Positions 52,571 to 64,000 of a DNA stretch of 64,000 bases are shown one piece after another. A model generated the notes under the pieces. It did not search any database and had not been told where the DNA came from. It worked only from the letters and a program-made list of their open reading frames with translations. The DNA comes from Lama guanicoe (Eukaryota), in assembly GCA_013239625.1 (NCBI GenBank), contig MU053472.1:3383822-3447821 (forward strand), read 5' to 3'. Each line of letters begins with the position of its first letter. The stretch's first letter is position 1. Position numbers and translations under genes: made by a program.

Positions 52571-53800
52571 GAACACAAAGACTGAAAGTGAGGGGAAGGG
52601 AAAAGTTATTCCACGCAAATGGAAACAAAAAGAAAGCTGGGGTAGCAATACTTATATTAAACAAAATAGACTTTAAACCAAACCTGTAACAAAGACAAAG
52701 AAGAGCGTACATAATGATAAAGGAATCAATCCAACAAGAACACATAGCAATTGTAAATATATATGCACCCAACATAGAAGCACTTAAATACATAAAACAA
52801 ATACTAACAAACATACAGGAAGAAACTGATAGTAGGGGACTTTAATGCCCCTCATACATCAATGGATGTATCATCCATATAGAAAATCTATAAGAAAATC
52901 TATACAGGTGGAATCTCTCCACTTTTGTTCAACACAGTATTAGAAGTCCTAGCCACAGAAATCAGACAAGGAAAAGAAATAAAAGGAATCCAAAATGGAA
53001 AAAATGGAGTAAAACTATCACTGTTTGCAGATGACAAGATACTATGTATAGAAAAGCCTAAAGATGTCACCAAAATGCTATTAGAATAAATGAACTTAGT
53101 AAAGTAACAAGATACACTATCAATATACAGGAATCTGTTGCATTTCTATACACTAATAACAAATTATCAGGAAGAGAAATTAAGAAAACAATCCCATTTA
53201 CAATTGCATCAAAAAGAATAAAATGCCCAGGAAAGAAACACCTAAAAACAAATCTGACCAAGGAGGTAAAAGACTTGTACTCTGAAAACTATGTCACTGA
53301 TGAAAGAAATTGAAGACAACACAAATGGAAAGATACACCATGCTCATGGATTGGGAAGATTAATATTGTTAAAATGACCATACTACTCAAGGCAATCTAC
53401 AGATTCAATGCAACCCCTATCAAAATACCAAGGGCATTTTTCACAGAACTAGAATAAAGAATCCTAACACTTGTATGGAAACACAAAAGACCCTGAATAG
53501 CCAAAGCAATCTTGAGAAAGCAGAAGAAATCTGGAGGCATCACATTCCTTGATTTCAAACTATACTACAAAACTACAGTAATCAAAACAGTATGGCCCTG
53601 GCACAAAAACAGACACATAGATCTATGGAACAGAACAGAGAGCCCAGAAATAAACCCTCACTGTTACAATCAGCTAATCTATTACAAAAAAAGGCAAGAA
53701 TATACAACGGGGAGAAGACAGCCTCTTCAATAAATGGTGCTGGGAAAACTGGGCAGCTATATGCAAAAGAATCAAACCAGACAACTTTCTTGAAAGCCAT
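52571..53800 (+). mobile_element. L1 ORF2 continuation after the THAP4 retrocopy; internally deleted and lacking the 3' end
   Basis: Endonuclease sequence (HANGNKKKAGVAILI) resumes at 52571, jumps near 52900 to the RT region (LFADD-like ctgtttgcagatgac), then [21 protein letters not shown]. Confidence 0.88.
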
Positions 53801-55749
53801 ATTATAAACTTCTTATCATTGTTTATCTCAGGACCACACATGATAACAATCAGATTCTGCTGATTAAGAAAACAGAGATACAAGGTACTCTGCTAAAAGT
53901 TGTATAGCTTACCAACAATATGGTGGCTACAAGAAACATGTTTCATGAATTCCAGTCCCTTACTCTAGTTTTTCCATAAACATAGCTTATGCATTTATTC
54001 ATTTATTTTAATTAAAAAAGTAATACATGCTACATTCTTGTTGAAAAAAAAATCAGAGAATACAGAAGTGTTTAAAGTAAAAAGGTAAAAGTCTACTATA
54101 TCCTTCCAGATTTTTTTTTCTAAGCATTACATACAAACAGAAAAATATAGCTTTGTTTTGGATTTATTGTAGAATAAATTAAATTATATACATGTTATTA
54201 TAAAAAGTACCTTTCCCTTAGTTCTGTTTTACAGAACTTTCCATGCCAACGATAGTGCATGAACACACACAAAACTTGTTATTTTAAGCTGCTACATAGT
54301 TTTTCTATAAGTGGATATTTAGACTATTTATAATTTTTAATACCATAAACAATGCTTCAGTGAACATCATTAAATGCCTTTTTGTGCATACTGTTCCAAT
54401 ATATATATAATCCATTATTTGTTATATTATTTTAAAAATATTGCAATCATACATGTATGTTTAAAAGTCAACTTGAACTAAAAGACTTATAACAAAAGAC
54501 AGAAAACCCTTACCCAGTGTCTTCTATGCTGTAGAGGCCACAAGCCTCAACTTTTCTAGACATTCTCCTGTTTCCATCATTTTAAATAAAATGTTTATAC
54601 TGGTATTTCTTAATTTATCTTAGGTATCATATATATTATCTTCTTCCCATGGTAGAAGATATGTTGGTTCTTTGTGATTTACCAATATTATCTATATCTT
54701 TTCACCATAATGATTTTTCTCACACAGACAACTCCCCTGTCCCCCAATATTTCGTTAAATCAGTAAGTTTTAAAATATTACAGCTATGCGAACAGTGTGA
54801 ATTTCTGGAGTACATGAAGATCACAACTCCTTTGTTGTGCAACTTTATTCCCCTAGAGTTGATAACTGCCTCATTTTCTTTTTTTTCATTTGCTTTGTTT
54901 TCAACACACCTATCAGTAATTTTTTTCAAAATACTCCAAAACCATTGTGGCACATCATTCAATTATTTTCTGTATGTTCAAACAAATAGTTCCTTTTTTT
55001 TTAACCCCCTGGAAAGCACCCTGGACTCTAGTCTTGTTGTACAAATGACATTCTGGGACATTCTTATGGAGCTCTTCTGTGTTGGTTCTCCTGTTTCCTA
55101 GATCCTTACTAACTTGGTTTTTAGATTTTGCTAGAGTACCTCCTCCTATAGTTTTACCAGCTTCTACTATCTCTCTCCTTTATCCTTCCAATTCTTTTCA
55201 GTCATATAATATCTACAGTATCAGAGTTTATAACATACAAATTCTCTCCTAGAATAGTGAGCCCCACATTGATCCTATGAATTCAACACTCACATCAGGT
55301 CTTTTGCTGTATTTTCATCTCTTGGTTAGCTGAAGTGTATCCACCAGTAGTTTCTCAAGAAGACATTAGGAAAATTACATTTTCTGAGTTTTTACATATC
55401 TAAAAATGTCTGCTGCCCTTCCTTTACACCAGAACAACGGTTTGACTAGATATAAAATTCCTGGGTCAAACTTTTTGTCCTTGAGGACTTTATAGATCTT
55501 GCTCTACTGTCTTTTGACATAACTTTTCTGAGAAGAATTCTAAAGCCAATTTGAGTCTTTCTCCTCATATTTATTCTTTTACTCTGGAGTCATTAAAATT
55601 TTTTTAAACATTTTTCTGAAGTAAATTTATTAACAGTGAAATGCACAGGTCTTAAGTATTCAGTTAGACGAGTTTTGTGTTGTTTTGTTTTGTTTTGTTT
55701 TTGCAGATAAGGCTTTTTTTTTAAGCCCAGTGTTTTATCCTTATTTCCT

Positions 55750-55883
55750 TTGAAGGGGAGAGGGATAATTAGGTTTATTTATTTACTTATTATTGTTATT
55801 TTTTAATGGAGATACTGGGGATTGAACTCAGGACCTTGTGTATGCTATGCACACACTCTACCACTGAACTATACATCCTCCCC
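55750..55883 (-). mobile_element. tRNA-derived SINE (Vic-1-like)
   Basis: Reverse complement GGGGAGGATGTATAGTTCAGTGGTAGAGTGTGTGCATAGCATACACAAGGTCCTGAGTTCAATCCCCAGTATCTCC, followed by the same aaataaacctaatta tail motif as the 15 kb copy. Confidence 0.85.
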
Positions 55884-58134
55884 TAAGAAATTTTTTTTGC
55901 TGTCCAGTCACATTATTAGCTTGGGCCTTGATGTTAATTGTTCTATGTAAATTTTTCCTGGCTCATGATGTGCTCTTTCAATCTATTGATTCAACTCTGC
56001 ATTTGCTTCTGAGTGGTTTCCTTGTAAAATACCTGTAAATATTATATTCCATTATTTGGATTTTACCCTTCGAGGACAACAATTATTTCCTTTGTCCACG
56101 TGCCATATCTAACACTGGCTCTCTTTTCCTTTTAGACACATGGCTAATTTCTATTTCATTTTGTTCATTTTTTCCCTCAATTTTACTCTCCATGTACCTT
56201 ACTATGTTTTTCAGAAACGTCTCTTCTCCTTTTTGCTGCTTGGAATACACCCTTCATCTCACTGACAATCTTATTTTTCTCTTCCACTTATTTCCTGAGC
56301 TGGTAGCTAAGCTTCACCTTTTGCAATCTTCCTTGACTTATCTCTGCTTTGAGTTCTAGTTTTATTGAAGCATTTGCAAGATTAATTTTTTTAAATTACC
56401 ATTCAAGACAATATATTTTATTACAACTTTCATCAACTGTTTTTCATTACTCAGGAGTATTTTTCAATTGCTATTTTTTATTTTTGTTCAACTTTTAAAA
56501 ATTGTAATCTTTTAATATAAAATCCCTGCAGGTTCTTTTATGATAATAACCTATAAATGAAGTACATTCTTCCTGGATCAAGTCTTCCTAAGAGGTTCAT
56601 GTGAGAAAGGGACCAGATCTGTGTTCCAGGCTAGCAAGAATTCTTATAGTTTCCAATGAAGTTCTCAGGGAGTGTGAGGGAATTATTTTATTCTTGACTT
56701 CTCCTCAGCCCACAGATTGGAAACCAAAAAGCTGCTAATAATATAGGGACAGGTTCTCCTTCCTCACATTGTTTTGTTTAGTTTTAAATATGGTGTATTT
56801 ACAATTCCTTGGCTTATCCTCTCTTCCTTCTTGGTACCAAAGCAAGTATTGGGAATTTCCTGCTGGTAGCATATGAATGGTTCCAAAATTGTTTGTTTTT
56901 GGCCCCCCGGGCACACCACCATTTCTGGGGCTTATACTCTACAGGCTTTTACTGAGATCTTCAAATGAAGGCATTCTATCATTTCCTCAAACCCATCTGG
57001 TCTTTGTTGCATTTGGTAGCCTTTACTCAATTTTGTGATTTGGTGTTACAGATATTTCTGACTCTTATTAAAGATGGAGTTTGCATTTTTTTCTTGTTCA
57101 TCCTTCAATTTTTTTCTTTTCCTGGTGATTTCTGAGAGAAGCAGACAATGTCATTGTTATTCTACTATTTTAACACCTGCAATGAGCCCTTATTTTTTTT
57201 TTACAAGGGATTGAATGCTTTTCAAAGAGAGTGATAATTACTTCCATAATACAGAGGCACATGCATTAAGTCTACCTTGATTCTTGAGTATGGCAAACAA
57301 GATAAAATAATACTTTCTTAAAGGAATGCATATTCAATGAGTTGAATCAAATACATTCAAATATGAAGCATAATAAATTAGGGAAAGAAGTGATTTCAGA
57401 ACGAAAATTGGTATGTGAGAAATCTGTAATTCTAAACTCTGATTCTATGCTATTTAATTTATGCTATGACCTTGTATTAGGCATTTTTCCCTCAGATTTT
57501 TTTCTGTAAAATTAGTCTTTAATTATTTGTTGCATGTACTTTGGATGGAATGTAGAGATCCTGTTTAAGTATAAATTTGTAACAACTGAGCAATTAGAGA
57601 GTTAATGTCAAATCAACCAAAATTTATGAAGTGATTATAATTACCTTCCATTTTCCTTCCTGCCCTCTAAATTACTCCAACAAGCCTAGAAAACTGAAGC
57701 CAGGCAAAATCTTTAGCAGGTTGTACCTTCCTTCTTTCTACTCTGTACAGCTAATGTACATGCTAAACTAACTGCATTCATCAGAATTTAAATAAATTAC
57801 CAAGGAGGAAAAATTGTAATATATTTTCCTACTTTATTTTAATCCACATGGTTATACAGAAAATCCAACAAATGGTTCTGCAAATACTTGCTTGTTATTA
57901 ATTGTGATAGAACCTCAAATAAATTCTCAGGACATAGGTAGGAAGAAATTTTTCTGATATTGAAAATAATGACAATTTACCCCACTTTTAAGACCTTCTA
58001 AACTTACCAGAATTTGAAATAATGAGTTGAGATTAGATAAACTTCTCAGGGATGTATGTAAACAAAGTAACATGGTAACACAAAGAAACCCAGTAGTGTT
58101 TCATATTAGCTTTGTGAAAACTTACAATCCACCC

Positions 58135-60095
58135 AGAAACATAACAACTTGTAAAACTAAAACTCTACTCATAAAACTCCCCACAACGAATCTCCTATCT
58201 CCCCATTTCCTCCTACCCCAACCTTTGGCAAGCACCATTCTACTTTCTGTCTCTATGATTTTGACTACACTAAGTACCTCATATAAGGGAAATCATACAA
58301 TGTTCATCCTTTTGTAATTGACTTTTCATTTAGCATAATTTCCTCAAGATTCATCCATGTTGTAGCATGTGTCAGAATTTTATTCCTTTTTCAGGCTGAA
58401 CAATATTCCATTGTATGCATATATCATATTTGCTTATCCATTCATCTGTCGATGGACACTTGGATTACTTCAACATCTTAACTATTGTGAAAAATGTTGC
58501 TATGAACATAGGTGTACAGTATCTCTTTAAGACTCCGCTTTCAATTCTTTGGGGTATATACACAGAATTGGAATTGCTGGTTCATATGGTAATTCTATTT
58601 TTCATTTTTTGAGGCCATCCTACTGTTTCCAGAGAGCTGTACCATTTTACATTCCCACAAACAGTACACAAGGGTTCTAATTTCTCCAGATCCTCGCCCA
58701 CACCTATTATTCTCTGTCTTCTTTTCGTTGGTAGCCATCCTAATAGGTGTGAGGTTGTATCTCATTATAGTTTTGATTTGCATTTCCCTAATAATTAGTG
58801 ATGTTGAGCATATTTTCATGTGCTTCTTGGCTGTTTGCATATCGTCTTTGAAGAAATATTTATTCAAGTATTTTGCTCAGTTTTGAACTGGGTTTGTTTT
58901 TTTATTGTTGAGCCTTAGGAGTTTTCTATATATTCTGGATATTAATCCCTTCTCAGGTATATGATTTACAACTATTTTCTTCTACTCTCTGGGTTATTTT
59001 TTTTAGTCTGTTGATAGTGTATTTTAATGCACAAAATTTTTAATTTTCATAAAGTCCAGTTTGTCTGTTTTTCCTTTTGTTGCCTATGCTGCTGGTGCCA
59101 TATCCAAGAAATTATTGTAAAATACAATGTAGTAAAGCTTTCACCCTAGATTTTCTTCTAGGAGTTTTACTGTTTTAGAGCTTACATTTTAGTCTTTGAT
59201 CCATTTTCAGTAAACTTTTGTATATGGTATTAGATAAGGGTCCAACTTCATTCTTTTGCATGTGGACATCCAGTTTTCCCAGCACCATTTGTTGTAAAGA
59301 CCTTTCTTTACCTATTAATGGTCTTGGCACCCTTGCCAAAAATAAGTTCACCATATACGCGAGGATTTATTTCTAGGCTCTCTATACTATTCCATTGGAC
59401 TTTGTATCTGTCTCTATGCAGTACCACAATTGTTAAATTATTGAAGCATTATAGTAAGCTCAGGAAGTCTGAGTCCTCTGGTTTTCTGTTTTTAATCCAA
59501 GTTTATTTTAGCGCTATTTGGGGTCCCTTGAGATTCCACATGAATTTTACGGTAGGTTTTTCTATTTCTGCAAAAAACATACCTGGGATTTTGATGGGAA
59601 TTGCACTGAATCTATATTTCACTTTGGGTAGATATCTTAACAAATTACATATTCCAATGCACAAATATGGAATACATATTTGTCTTCTTTAATTTCTTTC
59701 AGCAATGTTTTATAGTTCATTGTAAAAGTCTTCTACCTCCTTGGTTAAATTAATTCCTAAGTATTTTATTCTTTTTGATCCTATTGTAGATGGAATTGTT
59801 TTTGTAATTCCCTATTCACATTGCTCATGTATGGAAATGCAACTGATTTTTGTGTGTTGACTTTGTATCCTGCTGCTTTTCAGAATTCATTTACTAATTC
59901 TAACAGATTTCTTTTATGTGTGTGTGTGTGTGTGCGCAATCTTTAGGGTTTTCTACATATAAGCTCATGTCACCTGCAAACAGATCATTATACTTCTACC
60001 TTTCCAATTTGGATGCCTTTTATTTCTTTTTCTTGACTAAGTGCTCTGACTAGAACATTCAATACTATGATGAATAGAAGTTGTAAAAGTGGGCA
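58135..60095 (-). mobile_element. 5'-truncated L1 (L1MA/MB-like ORF2 3' half + 3'UTR)
   Basis: [31 protein letters not shown] on -, and caccattctactttctgtctctatgattttgact 3'UTR. Confidence 0.9.
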
Positions 60096-60329
60096 GTTCT
60101 GTGTTGACTAGAAGAGGTGATAGCTGTTCTCACTTTATGGTTCAGTTGACTGCCTGGGGTCTTAAAGATATCAACATCCCAGTTTACTTAATAAAATTTT
60201 CTATCTTATGACTACAGCTTATAAAAACAATGTCTTTTCTATATTTTATCTAGATTTAGATTTTGGATTCAAGAAGCAAAGATCATACATGAGCTCAAAT
60301 CTTTGAAAGTATCTAAATAAATGTTTCTT

Positions 60330-60796
60330 TTTTTTTGCCCATAGTCAAAACTTTATTGAAAAACTGACACCAAAATAGGTGAGCATTGCTGTATATGTTA
60401 CAAAATTAAACAAAACTACATTATCTTGGTAGGTTAACTAGAATTACTGAACTGATAAGGCTTTCTGCGATATCACACAAATTCAGGAAGCTGTGTGATC
60501 ATTAGTGCTGCTCTCTTTACAATGAACACCCGTCTGTAAGTCTGGCCTTTCCTCCTGTTGGCTGGCACAGCACCGTTGAACAACCCACACAAAGCACCAC
60601 TGTCTGAGCATGGCTTAAAACTGTGGTAATCTTGTAGCAATCTGGACATCTTACATTCTTAAAATATGAATTTGGACTTTGAACCAGTTGTTTCTTTTTG
60701 TTTTTTCTTTTCCTCTTCCAAGGAAGGATGCAGTAAATCTCTAGTCAAAGGCATGTCTGACTGTTTCACCTACCCAGCCCGTCCAGATCTCCAAGG
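60330..60796 (-). pseudogene. RPS27L: RPS27L processed pseudogene
   Basis: ATG 60754 to TAA 60502 reads [90 protein letters not shown] residues favour RPS27L over RPS27. Has a 2-nt deletion, a premature TAA, AATAAA at 60352-60357, a short polyA, and a 17-bp TSD ctaaataa(a/g)tgtttctt at 60313-60329 and 60797-60813. Confidence 0.93.
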
Positions 60797-63310
60797 CTAA
60801 ATAAGTGTTTCTTATTCAGTTTTTTGGAAGGCTGAATTTTTAAGGTATGTTTTGTTTGTAAATAGCTTCTTCAGGAAAGTTAAGGTAGGTAAAAAGCACC
60901 AAACTAAAATCATAAATTAAACATTAAAAGTCACATTGAGATAGTACAGCATTAAATCTAGCCTTACATTAAAAAGGATTTTCTTTACTTGACACAAATT
61001 CCAGTCACCTAAGTAATCTCTACCTGATAAAGGAATATGCCCTTAGGAATTCTACTGGTTAAATAGTTCAATTTCTCAAGGAACTGTTTTTAAATAAGCC
61101 TTAAATATGCACCAAAACCCCAATAAAGCTGGCAGCTTCAGGAAAGCTTAATTACCCTTATTCTTTTAACCATCCAAAGAAACCAATCCAGTGACGACCT
61201 TAGTACTTATTACCTGCTGTGAGCACAGTCAAATGGATTCCCCACTGTTAAATTCAGAAAATAAACTAGGGAAGAAAATCAAGAAAAGAAAAGAAATAGG
61301 AATGAAGACAGGGGAAGTAACAAAATATAGCAACAAGGGACAAAATAAGAATATCAGCCTGGCTTTTGTTACTGAGAAATTTGAGAAATTATTTTCAGGA
61401 ACTATATAAAAAACATCTAGGAAAATACCTTTGTTCATCATGGTACAATTTGGCTTTGAAATGATCCAATAAGGTCAATAAATAAAAACTGAAAAAACTT
61501 AAAAAAAAAAAAGATAATCGTAAAAGTTTTTTTAGGTAAAGAACCATAACAGTACAAAGCATTGTGTTATTCTCATAATGAAAAGAAGAAATAATTGTCA
61601 ACTGACACTGTAGCAGGGTTCAAAATCATTTTGCTTTCCAGCTATAGCTTCCCTTCTGAAGTCACCATAAAATTGGTTCTGTGCTATTTAAGTAAAGCCA
61701 AGAGCAGTGGCATCAAGCTGAGTGAATCTGATTGCAGAGAACTATTGTCTGTTTTAAACTGGTTTTTGGAAAGATGTCTCCTTAATGGAAATGCTGAGTT
61801 ATAACCTTAACCATAGTAATGCCTCTGGGCATCGCCTCAGGAAAAACTATCATAGAAGTAAATGGACTGAAAGAAATATAGGAGAATGGATGTTATATTT
61901 GAAAAGTGCTATAATGCTTTCGCTAGGAAAACAAACAAATAAATAGATAATAACAATGGCAACAACAACAATAATAAAAATAATCTCTAGGTCTCACCAG
62001 AAAAAAAGAAATTTCAACACATTTAATTTCCAGTGAATATCGATAGTTCTCATACTTACTGAAGGAATCTCTGTTAACTAGCCAATTAGTCATATATCAT
62101 ATCACATATTTGTATGGTACTCTGTTTACAAAAGGTTTTCACATATATTATCCTTTATCAAACCCTGTGGGATAAGTACAATGGCATTAAAACATAAAAT
62201 CACAAAATTGGAAGGAATCATAGGAATTCTCTAGTAAACTTCTAAATTTACAGGTAGGAATTCTTTGTATAGTATCCATAACATCTGATTAATTAGCTTC
62301 TGTTATAATTTCTGTAGTGACAGGGAATTATCAAGATTTATGAAGAATGAACAAGGCTAAACTGGGTATTTACTTAAATAGGATCAGGAAAGCAGGGCAA
62401 CAGAAAACTTAACCTCTATCAGCTATTTTCTGCTTATTGAGAATTTATTATGTGCCAGGCAGTTTTTATGTATATAATCTCATTTAATCTTTACCAACAA
62501 CCTGTAAAGAGCAGCAATTAACTGCTTAATTGGAACATTTTGCTAGAAACTATTCTTTCCCCAAACTACGTAATGACCTTTAAAATCTATCTAAATGCAG
62601 CACCTCTGAGAATGCATGTTAAATAGCAGACACAGAGGAAGATATGATTATTTCCATTTTATAGATGTGAAAAGTGAGTTAAGCAAATTACTCATATTTA
62701 GGAAGTAATGGGACAGAACCTAGAACACAGATTTTCAATCTACTAGTCCAATATTAATTCCATTCCACCTTGCATAGTAGATAAGCTACAATGCATTTTA
62801 AAAGAGATAAACATTTTAAAAGTCCCTTAAGTTTACAATAAAAATAAAACTTTGGGGCTATAATAATATATATCCCAATATAATTGAGATAATTCAACTC
62901 TGAGTTGGATGAGACTTACAAAGATATGAAATTTAGGACTGTTCAAATTAACAAACTACTGACCATATGTAATTCAGTATAGTCTTTGGTCACTGCAACT
63001 ACTGATACGATATACTTGTGGATTATACTACAAAACAGGCACAAACAAAGCCTGCCTCCTCTTCCTTTCTCTTTCTTTCCCTCTCTTCTCTCACCCTCTC
63101 TTATACACGCACCACAAAAAGACAATAACCTCTGACGCTAAGTAGTGAATAATTGTGGAAGATAAGGAGAAATGTCAAAAATCTAGATTTAAATTAACTT
63201 TGCCACAGATTATGTGTACTGTTAGTACAGTATATGGAAAAGTCATAAAGTAGACAAAGCTTTCTCAAAAATCAGGTTTTGTTCACATGTTATCTCTATA
63301 TCAAAATCAG

Positions 63311-63910
63311 TTCATCACATCATTATCAACATGACATCCCTGGTAATATTAACCTTGACCACTTGGTTAAGACAGTGTGTACGATGTTCCTCTATATACT
63401 TTAATTTGAAAGTGAGTCAGCATTAAAAGGCAGGGATGGAGTTAACTCCACCTCCTGGAAAAGGGTGCTTCAATTCTGTATATTCTTCTAAAAAAAACTA
63501 TAGCCCTAGTCTAGTCATTTTGAAACATTATCAGATAAACACAATTGAAGAACATTCTATAAAACACCTAGCCAGAGTTCCTTAAGACTGTCAAGGTCAT
63601 AGGAAACAGTGAAAGACTGAGCAACTGTCATAGACCAGAAGGGATTCAGGAAACATGATGATTAAGTACAATATGGTATCCTGGACTGGATCCTGAAACA
63701 GAAAAGGGACATTAGCAGAAAAACTGTGAAATTCAAATTAAGTCTAGAATTTAGCTAATAGTAATGTATCAATGCTGGTTTCTCAGCTTTGTCAGTAATG
63801 TAAGATGAAAATATTAGGGGAAATTTGGTTAGAGGTAGATGAGAATATTATTTTAACAGCTTCCTATAAATCTAAAATTATTCAAAACAAAAAAGTTTAT
63901 TTTAAAAAAC
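63311..63910 (+). mobile_element. L1MC/MD-type 3' end with an inverted 5' segment
   Basis: 63459-63908 is sense (ggtatcctggactggatcctgaaacagaaaagggacatt...aaatctaaaattattcaaaa). 63311-63458 is antisense (attaaccttgaccacttggttaag). Confidence 0.7.
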
Positions 63911-64000
63911 CCACTCAAGGCTGCATACTTACAAACTTAATGCCATTACATTGCTGACCACCTCCTACAATTCTAGTCTGTCTTCAATCCACTCCAGCCA

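Noticed and set aside
54649..55101. 150-aa plus-strand ORF
   Set aside because: Low-complexity F/S/L-rich translation of T-rich, probably ancient repeat-derived DNA

Overview
Mammalian genomic DNA, most likely a camelid given three tRNA-Ala-derived Vic-1-type SINEs. The window holds the convergent TRIM37/PPM1E locus. On the + strand are the last coding exons of TRIM37 (1418-1528 and 2859-2941), its proximal 3'UTR to about 4170, and a distal alternative last exon (17560-~17812). On the - strand are PPM1E exons 2-7 (38581 down to the stop at 19405), a ~4 kb 3'UTR, and ~25 kb of intron 1; exon 1 lies outside the window. The rest is intronic/intergenic DNA rich in L1, L2, MIR, MaLR/ERVL LTRs and hAT MITEs. 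PPM1E intron 1 also carries two processed pseudogenes: a THAP4 retrocopy nested in an L1, and an RPS27L retrocopy. I see no prokaryote-type system, CRISPR array or new protein-coding gene. Most notable: (i) a splice donor built into the TRIM37 stop codon, which can join a far exon lying antisense within the PPM1E 3'UTR and re-create the same Arg-stop; (ii) a THAP4 retrocopy that appears to record a nitrobindin-less, early-polyadenylated isoform; (iii) an in-frame hydrophobic read-through tail behind a weak TRIM37 donor. Gene, exon-number and repeat-family names come from recall of known sequences, not from database searches.
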